Source: an uncultured bacterium (GTDB lineage: Bacteria; Verrucomicrobiota; Verrucomicrobiia; Verrucomicrobiales; V1-33). From it: a DNA stretch of 64,000 nt. The position numbers and the translations under genes are program-made. The DNA is taken from contig CAJBME010000131.1 in the NCBI GenBank assembly GCA_903954065.1, forward strand, positions 16,906 through 80,905, given 5' to 3'. Each line of letters opens with the position of its first letter. The first letter of the stretch is position 1. Below, piece by piece: positions 44,195 to 53,993 of this stretch. The notes beneath the pieces are model-generated. The model ran no database searches, was not told where the DNA came from, and was given only the letters and a program-made list of their open reading frames with translations.

Positions 44195-44905
44195 TTAATC
44201 CGCCGTTACGACCGCACCGCCGACCGACGGATCATCAACGGGCTCAAAAAGCAGCCGTGCATACACATACGCCGCGGCCTCACTGATGACCGCCTTCACT
44301 CCTTCGCTGTATTTCCACCAGCGGGCTGATTCATAATCCGGGTCGGGAATCGCCACAATGCCCACCGCCACCTGTGGACCAAACGCCTCTTCAAACATGA
44401 GCCTAGACCGCCGACTATGCGGCCCCTCAGTCACCACATTCAGCGCCGCCACCACTCGCTTTTGATCGCGAAACCAGTCGCGAAGCGCCACCGCGCTGGC
44501 ATACGTTCGGTCCCGCTGTGACTCAAAAGTCGGCACCACCACCAGCCTCTCATCTGGAATGCCGTAACCGCGCAAAATTCGGGCCGCCTCAGCCGCACAG
44601 GTGTCTTCAGCCAGCGACGAATCAAACGCCTCATCCGACGGTCCGCCCGTGCAGTACAACACCATCCCAGGCTTTCCCACATAACGACTGGCCACATCCC
44701 GCAAAATCGCCGGAGGCACCCATCCTTCCACTACCACCACCGGACTGTCCACCACCGACGTCACCGCCAGAAAATCATGAATACGCGACACCACCAGCCC
44801 CGCACTCAACGCCGCCACCGCCGCCAGTAACAACCAGCCACGCCACGTTAGCCCCCAGCGCTCCCGCCGGGAAACCATCCCCATCGCTCTCAACACGCCA
44901 GCCAT
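44195..44905 (-). CDS. DUF218/YdcF/ElyC-like protein
   Basis: N-terminal TM, then VVVVEGW..VLYCTGGP..FESQRDRTYASAVAL, resembling the DUF218 core. Confidence 0.55.
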   Translation of the reverse strand: MAGVLRAMGMVSRRERWGLTWRGWLLLAAVAALSAGLVVSRIHDFLAVTSVVDSPVVVVEGWVPPAILRDVASRYVGKPGMVLYCTGGPSDEAFDSSLAEDTCAAEAARILRGYGIPDERLVVVPTFESQRDRTYASAVALRDWFRDQKRVVAALNVVTEGPHSRRSRLMFEEAFGPQVAVGIVAIPDPDYESARWWKYSEGVKAVISEAAAYVYARLLFEPVDDPSVGGAVVTAD

Positions 44906-44908
44906 ACA

Positions 44909-45883
44909 CTATCCCTTTCCACCCCGGCTCCGCACCGCGGTCTCCACAATCCCCTGTAAATCAGGAAACCGAAATCCCGAGTGGGTACCGGAATCGGAAA
45001 CAGCCGCCAACTCCGCAGGATCGCCCGCCCGCCGAGGATGAATCTCGGTCGGAACCGGCATGCCAGCAGCCCGGCCCACCGCTTCAACCACTTCGCGAAC
45101 ACTGTGGCCACGCCCAGTGCCTAGGTTTCGAATGCGACTAGCGCCTCCCCCCAGCAACTCGCGCAAAGCCGCCACATGAGCATCGGCCAGATCGCTGACG
45201 TGAATATAATCACGAATACACGTGCCGTCCGGAGTAGGGTAATCCGTACCAAAAATCCGCAACGGCGGCCGCCTCCCGAGCGCCGCATCGATTGCCAGCG
45301 GAATCAAATGAGTCTCGGGATCGTGTTCTTCACACAAATCTCCATCCGGATCGGCCCCGGCCGCATTAAAATACCGGAGAATCACGCTGCGCAAACCATG
45401 CGCATGGCCCGCATCACGGATCATCTGCTCCCCCATCAACTTGGTCCACCCGTAAGGGTTGATCGGACGCTGCTCATGGCTGACAGGAATAGGAACTTCG
45501 GTGGGCGTCCCATAGGTCGCACACGAACTCGAAAAGACGAGTGGCGGCACCCCAGCCTCAACCATGACCTCCAAAAGCGTCATCGTCGTCGCCACATTGT
45601 TGCGGTAATACCGTAGCGGAACATCAACCGACTCGCCCACATACGCGCTGGCCGCAAAATGCAACACCCCAGCAATCGAATAGTCGACAAATACCCGCCG
45701 CAACGCCTCCGCATCCCCCACGTCACCTACCACCAGCGGCCCCCACTTCACCGCATGACGATGCCCCATACTCAAGTTGTCAAAGACCACCGGCCTGAAA
45801 CCAGCCACCGCCAGCGCCTTACATGCGTGAGAACCAATAAATCCAGCTCCCCCAGTCACCAAGATGACGTCCGATTCATTCAT
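44909..45883 (-). CDS. galE: UDP-glucose 4-epimerase
   Basis: ILVTGGAGFIGSH, SSSCATYG, YGWTK (YxxxK). Start trimmed to ATG 45883. Confidence 0.88.
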   Translation of the reverse strand: MNESDVILVTGGAGFIGSHACKALAVAGFRPVVFDNLSMGHRHAVKWGPLVVGDVGDAEALRRVFVDYSIAGVLHFAASAYVGESVDVPLRYYRNNVATTMTLLEVMVEAGVPPLVFSSSCATYGTPTEVPIPVSHEQRPINPYGWTKLMGEQMIRDAGHAHGLRSVILRYFNAAGADPDGDLCEEHDPETHLIPLAIDAALGRRPPLRIFGTDYPTPDGTCIRDYIHVSDLADAHVAALRELLGGGASRIRNLGTGRGHSVREVVEAVGRAAGMPVPTEIHPRRAGDPAELAAVSDSGTHSGFRFPDLQGIVETAVRSRGGKG

Positions 45884-46019
45884 AAACAGCACCCTACGCC
45901 AGAACGACTCCCGGCAAGAAAAGAAATAAAACAACTGCCGGGAGCATCAGCACCCGGAACCAATGCCCGGTCAAAGCTACTGGGCTAACCGCCCGCCATG
46001 CGAAACACAGAACGCCAGG

Positions 46020-47315
46020 TCACGCTTTCATCACCTGCCCCGCCGCCGTCGGCACCGAAGCCATGGCATTGCGCGTATCGACAATACAGGGAGCCCACGC
46101 CGCCAGCTCGTCGTAATTCACACATGCATGATTAGTCGATATCAAGACCACATCAAAACTGGAAACCGTCTCCTGATTCCACGGCACCGAAGCAATGCCC
46201 GCATACTGTGGGTGCTCCCGAGTCGGACGGATGACAGGCACATACGGGTCATGATATTCCAGTTGAGCCCCACGATCATTCAAAAGATCCATCAACAAAT
46301 AGCTCGGCGACTCGCGCTCATCATCCACATTCGGTTTGTAGGCTAGTCCCAAAATCAAAATGCGACTGCCTTTGACCGCCTTGCCATGATTATTGAGCGC
46401 GTCCGCTACCCGATGCACGACATGCTCAGGCATTCGGGTATTGATCTCCCCCGCCAGCTCGATGAACCGCGTGTTTTGTCCAAATTCCCGCGCCTTCCAC
46501 GTTAGATAAAACGGATCAATAGGAATACAGTGCCCTCCCAGCCCCGGTCCAGGATAAAAAGCCATAAACCCGAAAGGTTTGGTCTTCGCCGCATTGATCA
46601 CTTCCCAAACGTCAATTCCCATCGCCTCGTACACAACCTTCAACTCGTTGACGAGCGCGATATTCACACTGCGGAAAATGTTCTCCAACAACTTGGTCGC
46701 TTCCGCTACCCGGCATGAGGAAACCGGCACCAGCGTATCAATGGCCCGGCTGTACACCGCCTGCGCCTTCGCCAGACAGGCCGGCGTCAAACCGCCAATC
46801 ACCTTCGGAACGACTTTCACCTTGCTCAAGTCATTGCCCGGATCCTCGCGCTCCGGCGAAAACGCCAGATGAAAATCTACGCCAGCTTTCAGCCCGCTCC
46901 CCTGCTCCAGCTCCGCCAGCAAGTCTTCGTCCGTGGTTCCAGGATAGGTCGTCGATTCCAGTACCACCACCGTACCCTTCGATAAATAAGGCGCCACCGC
47001 TCGACCCGTCTCCAAAATGAAGGAAATGTCCGGCTCCCGGTTCTTGTTCAAGGGCGTCGGCACACAGATAATCACCGCTCCTACCGTGGAAATCCGGCTG
47101 AAATCAGTAGTCGCCGTCAGACGACCCAACGCCGTCATCTCCGCAATCGCAGAGGATTCAATGTGCTTGATATAACTGCGCCCGCTGCTCAGGGCCTCAA
47201 TCTTGGAAGGATCAATGTCCACACCCAATACCGTCACACCGGATCGGGCAAACTGCAGACATAAGGGGAGGCCGACATAACCCAGGCCAATGACTGCGAT
47301 GGAATCATTTGTCAT
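46020..47315 (-). CDS. Nucleotide-sugar 6-dehydrogenase (UDP-GlcNAc/ManNAc dehydrogenase family)
   Basis: IAVIGLGYVGLPL, catalytic region GPGLGGHCIPIDP, 431 aa. Confidence 0.88.
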   Translation of the reverse strand: MTNDSIAVIGLGYVGLPLCLQFARSGVTVLGVDIDPSKIEALSSGRSYIKHIESSAIAEMTALGRLTATTDFSRISTVGAVIICVPTPLNKNREPDISFILETGRAVAPYLSKGTVVVLESTTYPGTTDEDLLAELEQGSGLKAGVDFHLAFSPEREDPGNDLSKVKVVPKVIGGLTPACLAKAQAVYSRAIDTLVPVSSCRVAEATKLLENIFRSVNIALVNELKVVYEAMGIDVWEVINAAKTKPFGFMAFYPGPGLGGHCIPIDPFYLTWKAREFGQNTRFIELAGEINTRMPEHVVHRVADALNNHGKAVKGSRILILGLAYKPNVDDERESPSYLLMDLLNDRGAQLEYHDPYVPVIRPTREHPQYAGIASVPWNQETVSSFDVVLISTNHACVNYDELAAWAPCIVDTRNAMASVPTAAGQVMKA

Positions 47316-47368
47316 AAAATAAAAGAGCGATCAAAGACTTGGCCGCGAACGAAACATCAAAAACAGGC

Positions 47369-48271
47369 TCACGAGGCGACACCGTTGGCGGAAAGGTGCG
47401 CCGCCAACGCCTCCTGCCACGGACGACACCGCAGCCCGGAAAGCGTCTCAAATAAGGCCGGATCCAAGGCCGAATTGTCAGGCCGCGCCGCCTGCAAACC
47501 AGGCAAATCTCGCATCGTAATAGGCTGAGGCTCAACGGTACTTCCCGTTAAACGAAGTATCTCCCGAGCATACTCAAACCACGTGGTGGCGGTAGGATTA
47601 CACACATTCACCACCCCACCCGCCAGCCGCGGCAACGCCAGTAATCGGCGCAGCCAAACAGCTACATCCTCACTGTACGTCGGACACCCGACTTTATCGT
47701 TCACCACCTTGAGCTGACCTGAAGCCGCCTGCCGCACCACCCACTCAGGAAAACCCGGTCGCCCCGGCCCAAATAACCAGGAAATTCGAATGGCCAAATG
47801 CTTCGGATCAGCCGCCAATACCTGCCGCTCACCAATCAATTTCGACCGGCCGTAAATACTGATCGGATTCACCGGGTCTTCCTCCGTGTAAGCCGCCCCC
47901 TTCGCCCCGTCAAAAACATAGTCCGTCGAAAAATGAATCATCCTCGCACCCTTCGCCGAACAAATGCGCGCCACCTGCCCAGCCGCATGACCATTGATCA
48001 AATACGCATGCCCACTCTGAATCTCGCAGTCATCCACCGCCGTGTAGGCCGCACAATTGATCAACCAATCAAACTCCAGCGAAGCCAAGGTCTCGTCCAC
48101 TAATAAGGGATCCGCCAGATTCAGCTGGTTCCGATCCAGCCGCCACACCTGCAGGTGAGGATCTCCCGCAAAATGCCGCACAATCGACGACCCCAATAAT
48201 CCATTGGCCCCAAGAATAACCAACCGCTGGGCAGCACGAGAAGCAGGAATAGAGTCAGGTCGAACAGGCAT
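47369..48271 (-). CDS. dTDP-4-dehydrorhamnose reductase-like (RmlD family) sugar-nucleotide reductase
   Basis: LVILGANGLLGS, NCAAYTAVD, FSTDYVFDG, YGRSK. No rmlABC genes in the window. Confidence 0.8.
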   Translation of the reverse strand: MPVRPDSIPASRAAQRLVILGANGLLGSSIVRHFAGDPHLQVWRLDRNQLNLADPLLVDETLASLEFDWLINCAAYTAVDDCEIQSGHAYLINGHAAGQVARICSAKGARMIHFSTDYVFDGAKGAAYTEEDPVNPISIYGRSKLIGERQVLAADPKHLAIRISWLFGPGRPGFPEWVVRQAASGQLKVVNDKVGCPTYSEDVAVWLRRLLALPRLAGGVVNVCNPTATTWFEYAREILRLTGSTVEPQPITMRDLPGLQAARPDNSALDPALFETLSGLRCRPWQEALAAHLSANGVAS

Positions 48272-48551
48272 TTTTTAATCAATAAGTGTGTTATAAAATC
48301 GGGCCAACTACAGAGGACGTGATTTTCTGCACGGCTTGCTGGAACTGCTCACAGGCAGCGACGAAGGGAAAAGCGCGTCTTTAGAACCTAGAGTACTCCG
48401 GCGGATGTCAGGCCTGACGCGTGAGACCACCCGCAGCAATCTCGCCGGAGTAAGAGACGGCTTTTGCGAGGACAAGAGTGGAGAGGGCTCGCTGAGTATG
48501 GAGAAAACGAAGCCGCACAGCGGAAAACCACGCCATTCTCGGAAGTCTCCA

Positions 48552-49232
48552 CTATTTATTGCGGATTTCGACTAGGCCTTTTTCGGCAGCACGCGGTAGG
48601 ACAGTCAATTTTGGATATTCTCGTATGAGGCTTTCAATACAGCCTTGTTCGGAGGCGCGGTTACTGTCATCGAGAAAAATCGCGCCATTTGGAACCAGGT
48701 GTGCCGCGGACCACCGCAATGGGGTAAGTCTGGTATGAGCACCGCCAAGAATGATCGGAGGCCCGTCGATCAGCGCAAGATCGACCTCAATATTAGAAAT
48801 TTTGCTAGTGTCGTAACTTTTTGTCGAGGAATCGCCGATCTCAATGAGAGGCGCATGGACGGTTTCGACATAATCACTCAATCCACAGGCGGCGACTTGC
48901 CGCTGGATAACCGACGAATACACCGGATCGTGTTCCACACTCACCAGGCGTCCACCCCGATGCTTCAGTACCGCTGCAAGAATCACGGTGGATTGACCAC
49001 TTCCAAACTCAATGACTGTCGGTTGCTTTCGTTCTTGAAGGTCAGCCAGCACCCAAGAGAGTGCATCCGGTGAGATGGCCCAGCCACGCAAGGGACGAAG
49101 CACTGGCTTACCTTGGATGGCATTCTGAATTTGAATAAGGCCATTCAATTGGCCGTACAAAGTTTCGATGTCCTGCTTTTTGGCCAAGCCGGCGAAGAGT
49201 CGATTTCGTATCTTTCCGAGTAAGGATTTCAT
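48552..49232 (-). CDS. Class I SAM-dependent methyltransferase
   Basis: Motif I VIEFGSGQSTVILAA, followed by RLVSVEHD. Visibly lower G+C than the flanking genes. Confidence 0.6.
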   Translation of the reverse strand: MKSLLGKIRNRLFAGLAKKQDIETLYGQLNGLIQIQNAIQGKPVLRPLRGWAISPDALSWVLADLQERKQPTVIEFGSGQSTVILAAVLKHRGGRLVSVEHDPVYSSVIQRQVAACGLSDYVETVHAPLIEIGDSSTKSYDTSKISNIEVDLALIDGPPIILGGAHTRLTPLRWSAAHLVPNGAIFLDDSNRASEQGCIESLIREYPKLTVLPRAAEKGLVEIRNK

Positions 49233-49241
49233 AAGACTTGA

Positions 49242-50822
49242 TTAAATTTTGAGTAAGGAGGAAAACCTGGATGAGGCAACGACGGGACGAATAAGATTAC
49301 CAATGAAGGCAAAGTCGGATTTACCACCGGGCAGGAGGCGTAGCGTGCAGAGGTAGGAAGCCATAAAGGCGCTCCCTACCAAGGCGAGCCACACAAATGG
49401 GGGAATCGTTGATATTACAGATGATATGTAAAAACAAAGGATTGCCGCAACAATACTGGCAGTAAATGGCCGCACTGTAACGGCTGTGAAATCCCCAAAT
49501 TTCAAAGGCGTGCCTCGAAACGCCCAAATCAAAATAGGATAAGCGCTGAGGTATGTCACCAACGCATAACCCACGGCGACCCCAATCGGCCCCCATGGCA
49601 ACCCGGCAGCAAAGCCAATGGCGCTGCAAACAGTATTAAAGATCCCCAGATGTAAGTAACGTCGCCCCATCCCCCTGCTCAATACCACAACTCCCCACAA
49701 GGTGATGACGGGCTGAACAAATCCGACCGTGGCCAAAATAGCAAATACTGGTGTGATGGCTTCCCACTTTGGACCCAAGGCCAATGCGATGATTACCTTT
49801 GAGGCGACGAACAGAAATGCCGTGAGAGGCATGGAAACCAACGCCACAAAAGAAGTCACCTTGCGGTAATAATCACGAAAGGCTGCAGGCTGATCTTGTA
49901 GACGGCTCAATGCCGGAAACCCGACGGCAATAATCGGTCCACGAATGGTGTTAATCGGCAACATCAGCAATGCATAGGCACGGCTGTAATGCCCCAGTGG
50001 ACCAGGCCCCCAGAATCGACCGATCAGGATGTTGTCCAGATTTCGGTGGAAGTAATTAACGAAGTCGAAAGCCGTGACATTGGCCCCGAACTTGAGCATA
50101 TCCCGGATGCCTGTACCTCTGGTGGGCAGTCCGGGACGAAATGGGGACAGCACAAACAATAGAAGCGTGGTGGCGAAAGAGCTCGAAAGCTCACCCCACA
50201 CCAACGACCAATAGGAAAACCCTTGAAAAGCGAGTGTAATGGAGACGGCCAAACCGGTGACGGCACCGGTGATGCCCGCTACCGCCTGCCGGGCAAACTG
50301 CATCTCGCGGACAAGCCGCGCGCCATTCTGCGTACCCAAACTGGCCAACAAGAAACTGAAAGACAACGCAAGCGTGACGGCACTGAGCTCAGGCTTACCA
50401 TAAAACCACGCAACCAATGGCGAAGCCACTGCCACTATGACAGTGAGCAGTGTTCCCATCGCAACATTGATCCAGAACAAGTTGCTCTGTAGTGGCTGAT
50501 GGAGGTCTTTTTTCTGAATGGCGGCGGAGGATAGTCCAAGGTCGCGAAACAAGCCGGCAAAACCCGTGACTGCTATCACCATCGCCATCACACCATAATC
50601 ATTTGGCGACAGCAGCCGCGACAGCACCATCACCGAGGTGATTTGAATGGCGATGCGGATGCCCTGCGTAGCCATCGTCACAGCCCCGCCCCGAACCGAC
50701 CGGCGCTTCAAATCGGCCATGTCCACGCCGGAAGGCGCGGCCGCAGTGGCGGCTGCACCCGCAGCCTGAATTGGCTGGACACAAGAGGGCGTCCCAACGG
50801 CTGCTTTGGATTCGAGGGGCAC
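49242..50822 (-). CDS. Polysaccharide flippase (Wzx; MOP/PST family)
   Basis: About 12-14 TM helices. N-terminal LKRRSVRGGAVTMATQGIRIAIQITSVMVLSRLLSPNDYG is typical of this family. ATG 50720 is an alternative start. Confidence 0.78.
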   Translation of the reverse strand: MPLESKAAVGTPSCVQPIQAAGAAATAAAPSGVDMADLKRRSVRGGAVTMATQGIRIAIQITSVMVLSRLLSPNDYGVMAMVIAVTGFAGLFRDLGLSSAAIQKKDLHQPLQSNLFWINVAMGTLLTVIVAVASPLVAWFYGKPELSAVTLALSFSFLLASLGTQNGARLVREMQFARQAVAGITGAVTGLAVSITLAFQGFSYWSLVWGELSSSFATTLLLFVLSPFRPGLPTRGTGIRDMLKFGANVTAFDFVNYFHRNLDNILIGRFWGPGPLGHYSRAYALLMLPINTIRGPIIAVGFPALSRLQDQPAAFRDYYRKVTSFVALVSMPLTAFLFVASKVIIALALGPKWEAITPVFAILATVGFVQPVITLWGVVVLSRGMGRRYLHLGIFNTVCSAIGFAAGLPWGPIGVAVGYALVTYLSAYPILIWAFRGTPLKFGDFTAVTVRPFTASIVAAILCFYISSVISTIPPFVWLALVGSAFMASYLCTLRLLPGGKSDFAFIGNLIRPVVASSRFSSLLKI

Positions 50823-51282
50823 TCTAAGGAAAAATAGTGGCTAACACCGGTATAATCTAACCGAGCTATCTGACCGGCTGGTTTTGATTCGAGAAAGAAA
50901 CAGTTTTCTCGCCGTTAAATCGTTACATTCTCAGCCCGCTCGCTCATGAACATACGGCTGGAGAAGCAGTGAACTCCTGCAATCTTCAAATGCTGCTTTG
51001 CGCTAGACCGGGACGGTGGATCCCACAAGGAGCATAGGGACAAGCCGACAAGTTCGTCCTGTTGCCAAAGCAGCGGCCAATTTTTCCGGCACTGTATATC
51101 CTCGGAGTTTATCGAGAGACTGTTTACCGCGCACTTCCGTGCTCCCACCGCCGATGCCGACACCCGTGCCGAGAATGACTTCGTTTCGATGTCGCAAAAT
51201 TACCTAGCGTCTTGCCTCGACGACCACTCGATTCTCCAAAGAATCGCCGAAAGCGCGGATCAGACGCATTCCTCCCAACCGA

Positions 51283-52578
51283 TCAAAAAGCGTAGCTGAC
51301 ACCGGCAAACAACCGATGGCGCACGTAATCCTCCGATCCGTCACTGGAGGAAACGAGAGAATACGTATAATTAGCCGTCAGACTGACGTTTTTCCAGACG
51401 TTATAACCAACCCCTAGGCTGCCGTAAAACGTGTTTTCTGTGCTGTCCTCCAAGCCGGATGGACTGTCACCATAATCGGCGAAAATGTAGTTAATCGAAG
51501 CGTTAGTGTTCAATCGCCGGGACACCCCATGGCTCAGTGACAATCCGGTCCGGTAAGAATACCCGCTTTGCTCACCCGCCCGCCCGGTTTCGTCCAGACT
51601 CAGCGAATGAACCCATCGCGCCCTCGTCCGCTTGGCGAGAGTATAACTGGCTGATGCCTCAACCCGAGGAGCCAGCTGATCGTCAATCTCACCGTCATAA
51701 AGCCTGTACTCAAGTCCGGCGTTAGCTGTCAGCGAAAGCCGACGGTTCCAGCCATAGTTGATGCCCGCCAGCAACGAATGCGAGCCGTAATCCCCCTCAC
51801 CATTGTCCTCATACGTCCTCATCCCATAACGATATGTGGCAGTGCCGGTGAGTCGGCGTTTGAAGGAATATCGGAACTGCTCGGAGAACTGATGGTTCAT
51901 GTACCCCTCCTGCTCCAAACTCTCGTCATCATACACAATCGTGCTGAAGGTATACCTCGTAACACTAGCAAACCGCCGATTCCACCGGTAGTCCGCCGAA
52001 AGATTGTTGGAAATCAGAAAATAACCGGAATTCGGACGATTGATCGACAGTCCCACATCATAGTTGGGCTCCGTCTCGTACGAAATGTACATCGAGTCGG
52101 AAATGCTCAAACTCTTCGAGATCTGATGCGAATAAGACGCGGACATCCGGAAATTGTGATCCATATCATCGACACCCGGAGGCGGATCGAAGTAGAAAAC
52201 ATTGCCGTAATTCCCATTAACGCTCAGATTCCTTTCGTCAGAGAACCCTCTACCATAGGCCAAGTTCAAGGTGTTTTGCCAGACCGCGGATTCTCCCGAA
52301 GGACCAGTCGAAGTCGCCCCGCGACCGACACCACCCAGTCCGGAGGAGCGGCTGCCCGCATCTGAATCCCACCCGAGCGACGAATTAAAACTACCAGAGA
52401 GCGGCAGATTTATGGCCTCCAGCGGCCCAGCGCCAATGTCCAGCAGACCTTGACCTCGAACGTCTGGCCCCAGCCCCAGCGACAGCAGAACTGCGATCGC
52501 AACCGCAACTGGCCTTAGGGCGTGCCCATGGATGGCCCGGCGAAAGGCCGGACGGCTGGTAAGACGATGACAGGTCAT
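51283..52578 (-). CDS. Outer-membrane beta-barrel protein of the polysaccharide locus
   Basis: Signal-like N-terminus, amphipathic beta-strand pattern rich in Y/S/N/G, and an aromatic C-terminus FAGVSYAF. Confidence 0.55.
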   Translation of the reverse strand: MTCHRLTSRPAFRRAIHGHALRPVAVAIAVLLSLGLGPDVRGQGLLDIGAGPLEAINLPLSGSFNSSLGWDSDAGSRSSGLGGVGRGATSTGPSGESAVWQNTLNLAYGRGFSDERNLSVNGNYGNVFYFDPPPGVDDMDHNFRMSASYSHQISKSLSISDSMYISYETEPNYDVGLSINRPNSGYFLISNNLSADYRWNRRFASVTRYTFSTIVYDDESLEQEGYMNHQFSEQFRYSFKRRLTGTATYRYGMRTYEDNGEGDYGSHSLLAGINYGWNRRLSLTANAGLEYRLYDGEIDDQLAPRVEASASYTLAKRTRARWVHSLSLDETGRAGEQSGYSYRTGLSLSHGVSRRLNTNASINYIFADYGDSPSGLEDSTENTFYGSLGVGYNVWKNVSLTANYTYSLVSSSDGSEDYVRHRLFAGVSYAF

Positions 52579-52669
52579 GAGAGAGGGAAAACTAGCGTGC
52601 AGATTGAAAAAGAGCCACCCAAAAATGAGGCGACGCTACTCAACCACTTGGAAAGCGGCCTAGAGCCCA

Positions 52670-53971
52670 TCATGGGGCCGCAGGCGGCACCGCCAGCACG
52701 GGTTTGACCGCGGTCCGAGTGGACTTATCCAGCACCAACGGCCGGCGCAGGCCCCGGGTCATCACCCGCCGCACTGTTCCCAGCGTGGCCTTCAATTTTT
52801 CCGAAAAAGTGAGCGTTTTCCAACTCGGCCGCAAATCCAAGCCCGCCAGCTCCGTCAGAGGCAGACCCAGCCAGCGCAACGCCAGTCGGCGCCCCCAGAC
52901 GGCCCCCTTCTTGGCCAAAAGCCCCTGCTGCGAGCGTTCCAGCTTCCACGCTTCGGCCGGTACGAGCGTCAAGTAGCCGGCCGCAACCGCGCCATCAACA
53001 AACGCCTTGCCCCGCGCCGTGCGGGCGACCACCAAGGAAAACCCAGGGTTTTTCCCATCGGGTTCCTCGTACCAAGGATCGCCGCAACTAATATCCGCGA
53101 GCTCGCCGCTGCCATCCGGCCAGAGCTGCACCGACCACGGCCGGTGGGCCTGTAGAAAGGCCCAGCTTTCTCTGTAAGTCATGGTCGCATACGGCTCAGT
53201 CTGCCCCGCCAGCGTCGGAGCAAAAAACCCAGGCCAACCAAAACCCCGATATCGCAGGCTGGCCACGTCCTGAGGCTCCACCTTCATGCGGCGCAATAAG
53301 GCTTCGGTGCCGTGCGTCGAGGGCGTCTCCGCACAAAAAAACGACATCGTCAGTCCCACTTTTGCATCGAGCCCCGACCGCAGTCGACGAGCATTCTCCA
53401 CCGCCGCAATCTCCGATGGCTTACCGATAATCACACATGAATTTGCCGCAGCCTCCACCTCACGCAATCCGTTGGCCACCGAGGCCGGAGAATAGCGCGA
53501 CCCAGTCGCCGCCACCAACTCAGCGCGGGTGCAGCTCAACACTGTCCGGTTGCGCAATGGATCTTCCGCGTCCTGGGCAATATGCAGTACCCCGGACCAA
53601 CCCAGAACTTCGACCGCATACGCTCCCAACGCGGTCAACGCTCCGCCCGAAGATCCTTTTTCGCGAATTTCGGGATCAGTCGCGTGTCCTTCCCAGAGTC
53701 CATGTACCGGCCCCCACTTCTGCGCAAAACCCGCCGTCACCACCTGATTTCCAGCACCGCTCGTAACAGAAAAATCGCTCCTGACCGAGGGACACACATC
53801 CAAACAAGCCCGGCACGACCCGCAGTCGCCAGCACTCACCTCCGGACGAATCCCTTCCTCCAAATAATCCCACAACGTCACCCGCTCGTCCGGGCAAACC
53901 GAGGCACACGCCCCGCATCCAAGGCACAGCCGCCAGTCAACCACCTCACTGAGGGTGCGAATTTTTCTCAT
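52670..53971 (-). CDS. FrhB/FdhB-like (coenzyme F420 hydrogenase/dehydrogenase beta-subunit family) protein with N-terminal 2x[4Fe-4S] ferredoxin motifs
   Basis: CLGCGACASVCP and CGSCRACLDVCP, then the FrhB-like region GSSGGALTAL. Start trimmed to ATG 53971, 22 nt after the upstream stop. Confidence 0.7.
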   Translation of the reverse strand: MRKIRTLSEVVDWRLCLGCGACASVCPDERVTLWDYLEEGIRPEVSAGDCGSCRACLDVCPSVRSDFSVTSGAGNQVVTAGFAQKWGPVHGLWEGHATDPEIREKGSSGGALTALGAYAVEVLGWSGVLHIAQDAEDPLRNRTVLSCTRAELVAATGSRYSPASVANGLREVEAAANSCVIIGKPSEIAAVENARRLRSGLDAKVGLTMSFFCAETPSTHGTEALLRRMKVEPQDVASLRYRGFGWPGFFAPTLAGQTEPYATMTYRESWAFLQAHRPWSVQLWPDGSGELADISCGDPWYEEPDGKNPGFSLVVARTARGKAFVDGAVAAGYLTLVPAEAWKLERSQQGLLAKKGAVWGRRLALRWLGLPLTELAGLDLRPSWKTLTFSEKLKATLGTVRRVMTRGLRRPLVLDKSTRTAVKPVLAVPPAAP

Positions 53972-53993
53972 GGATCGACAAAAGCCCGGTTCT

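Noticed and set aside
48336-48575. ORF 48336..48575 (+) and a 42-aa minus-strand ORF in the gap between the RmlD-like and methyltransferase genes.
   Set aside because: They have no motifs, a poor codon pattern and the opposite orientation to the operon. The region is treated as non-coding gap or recombination scar.
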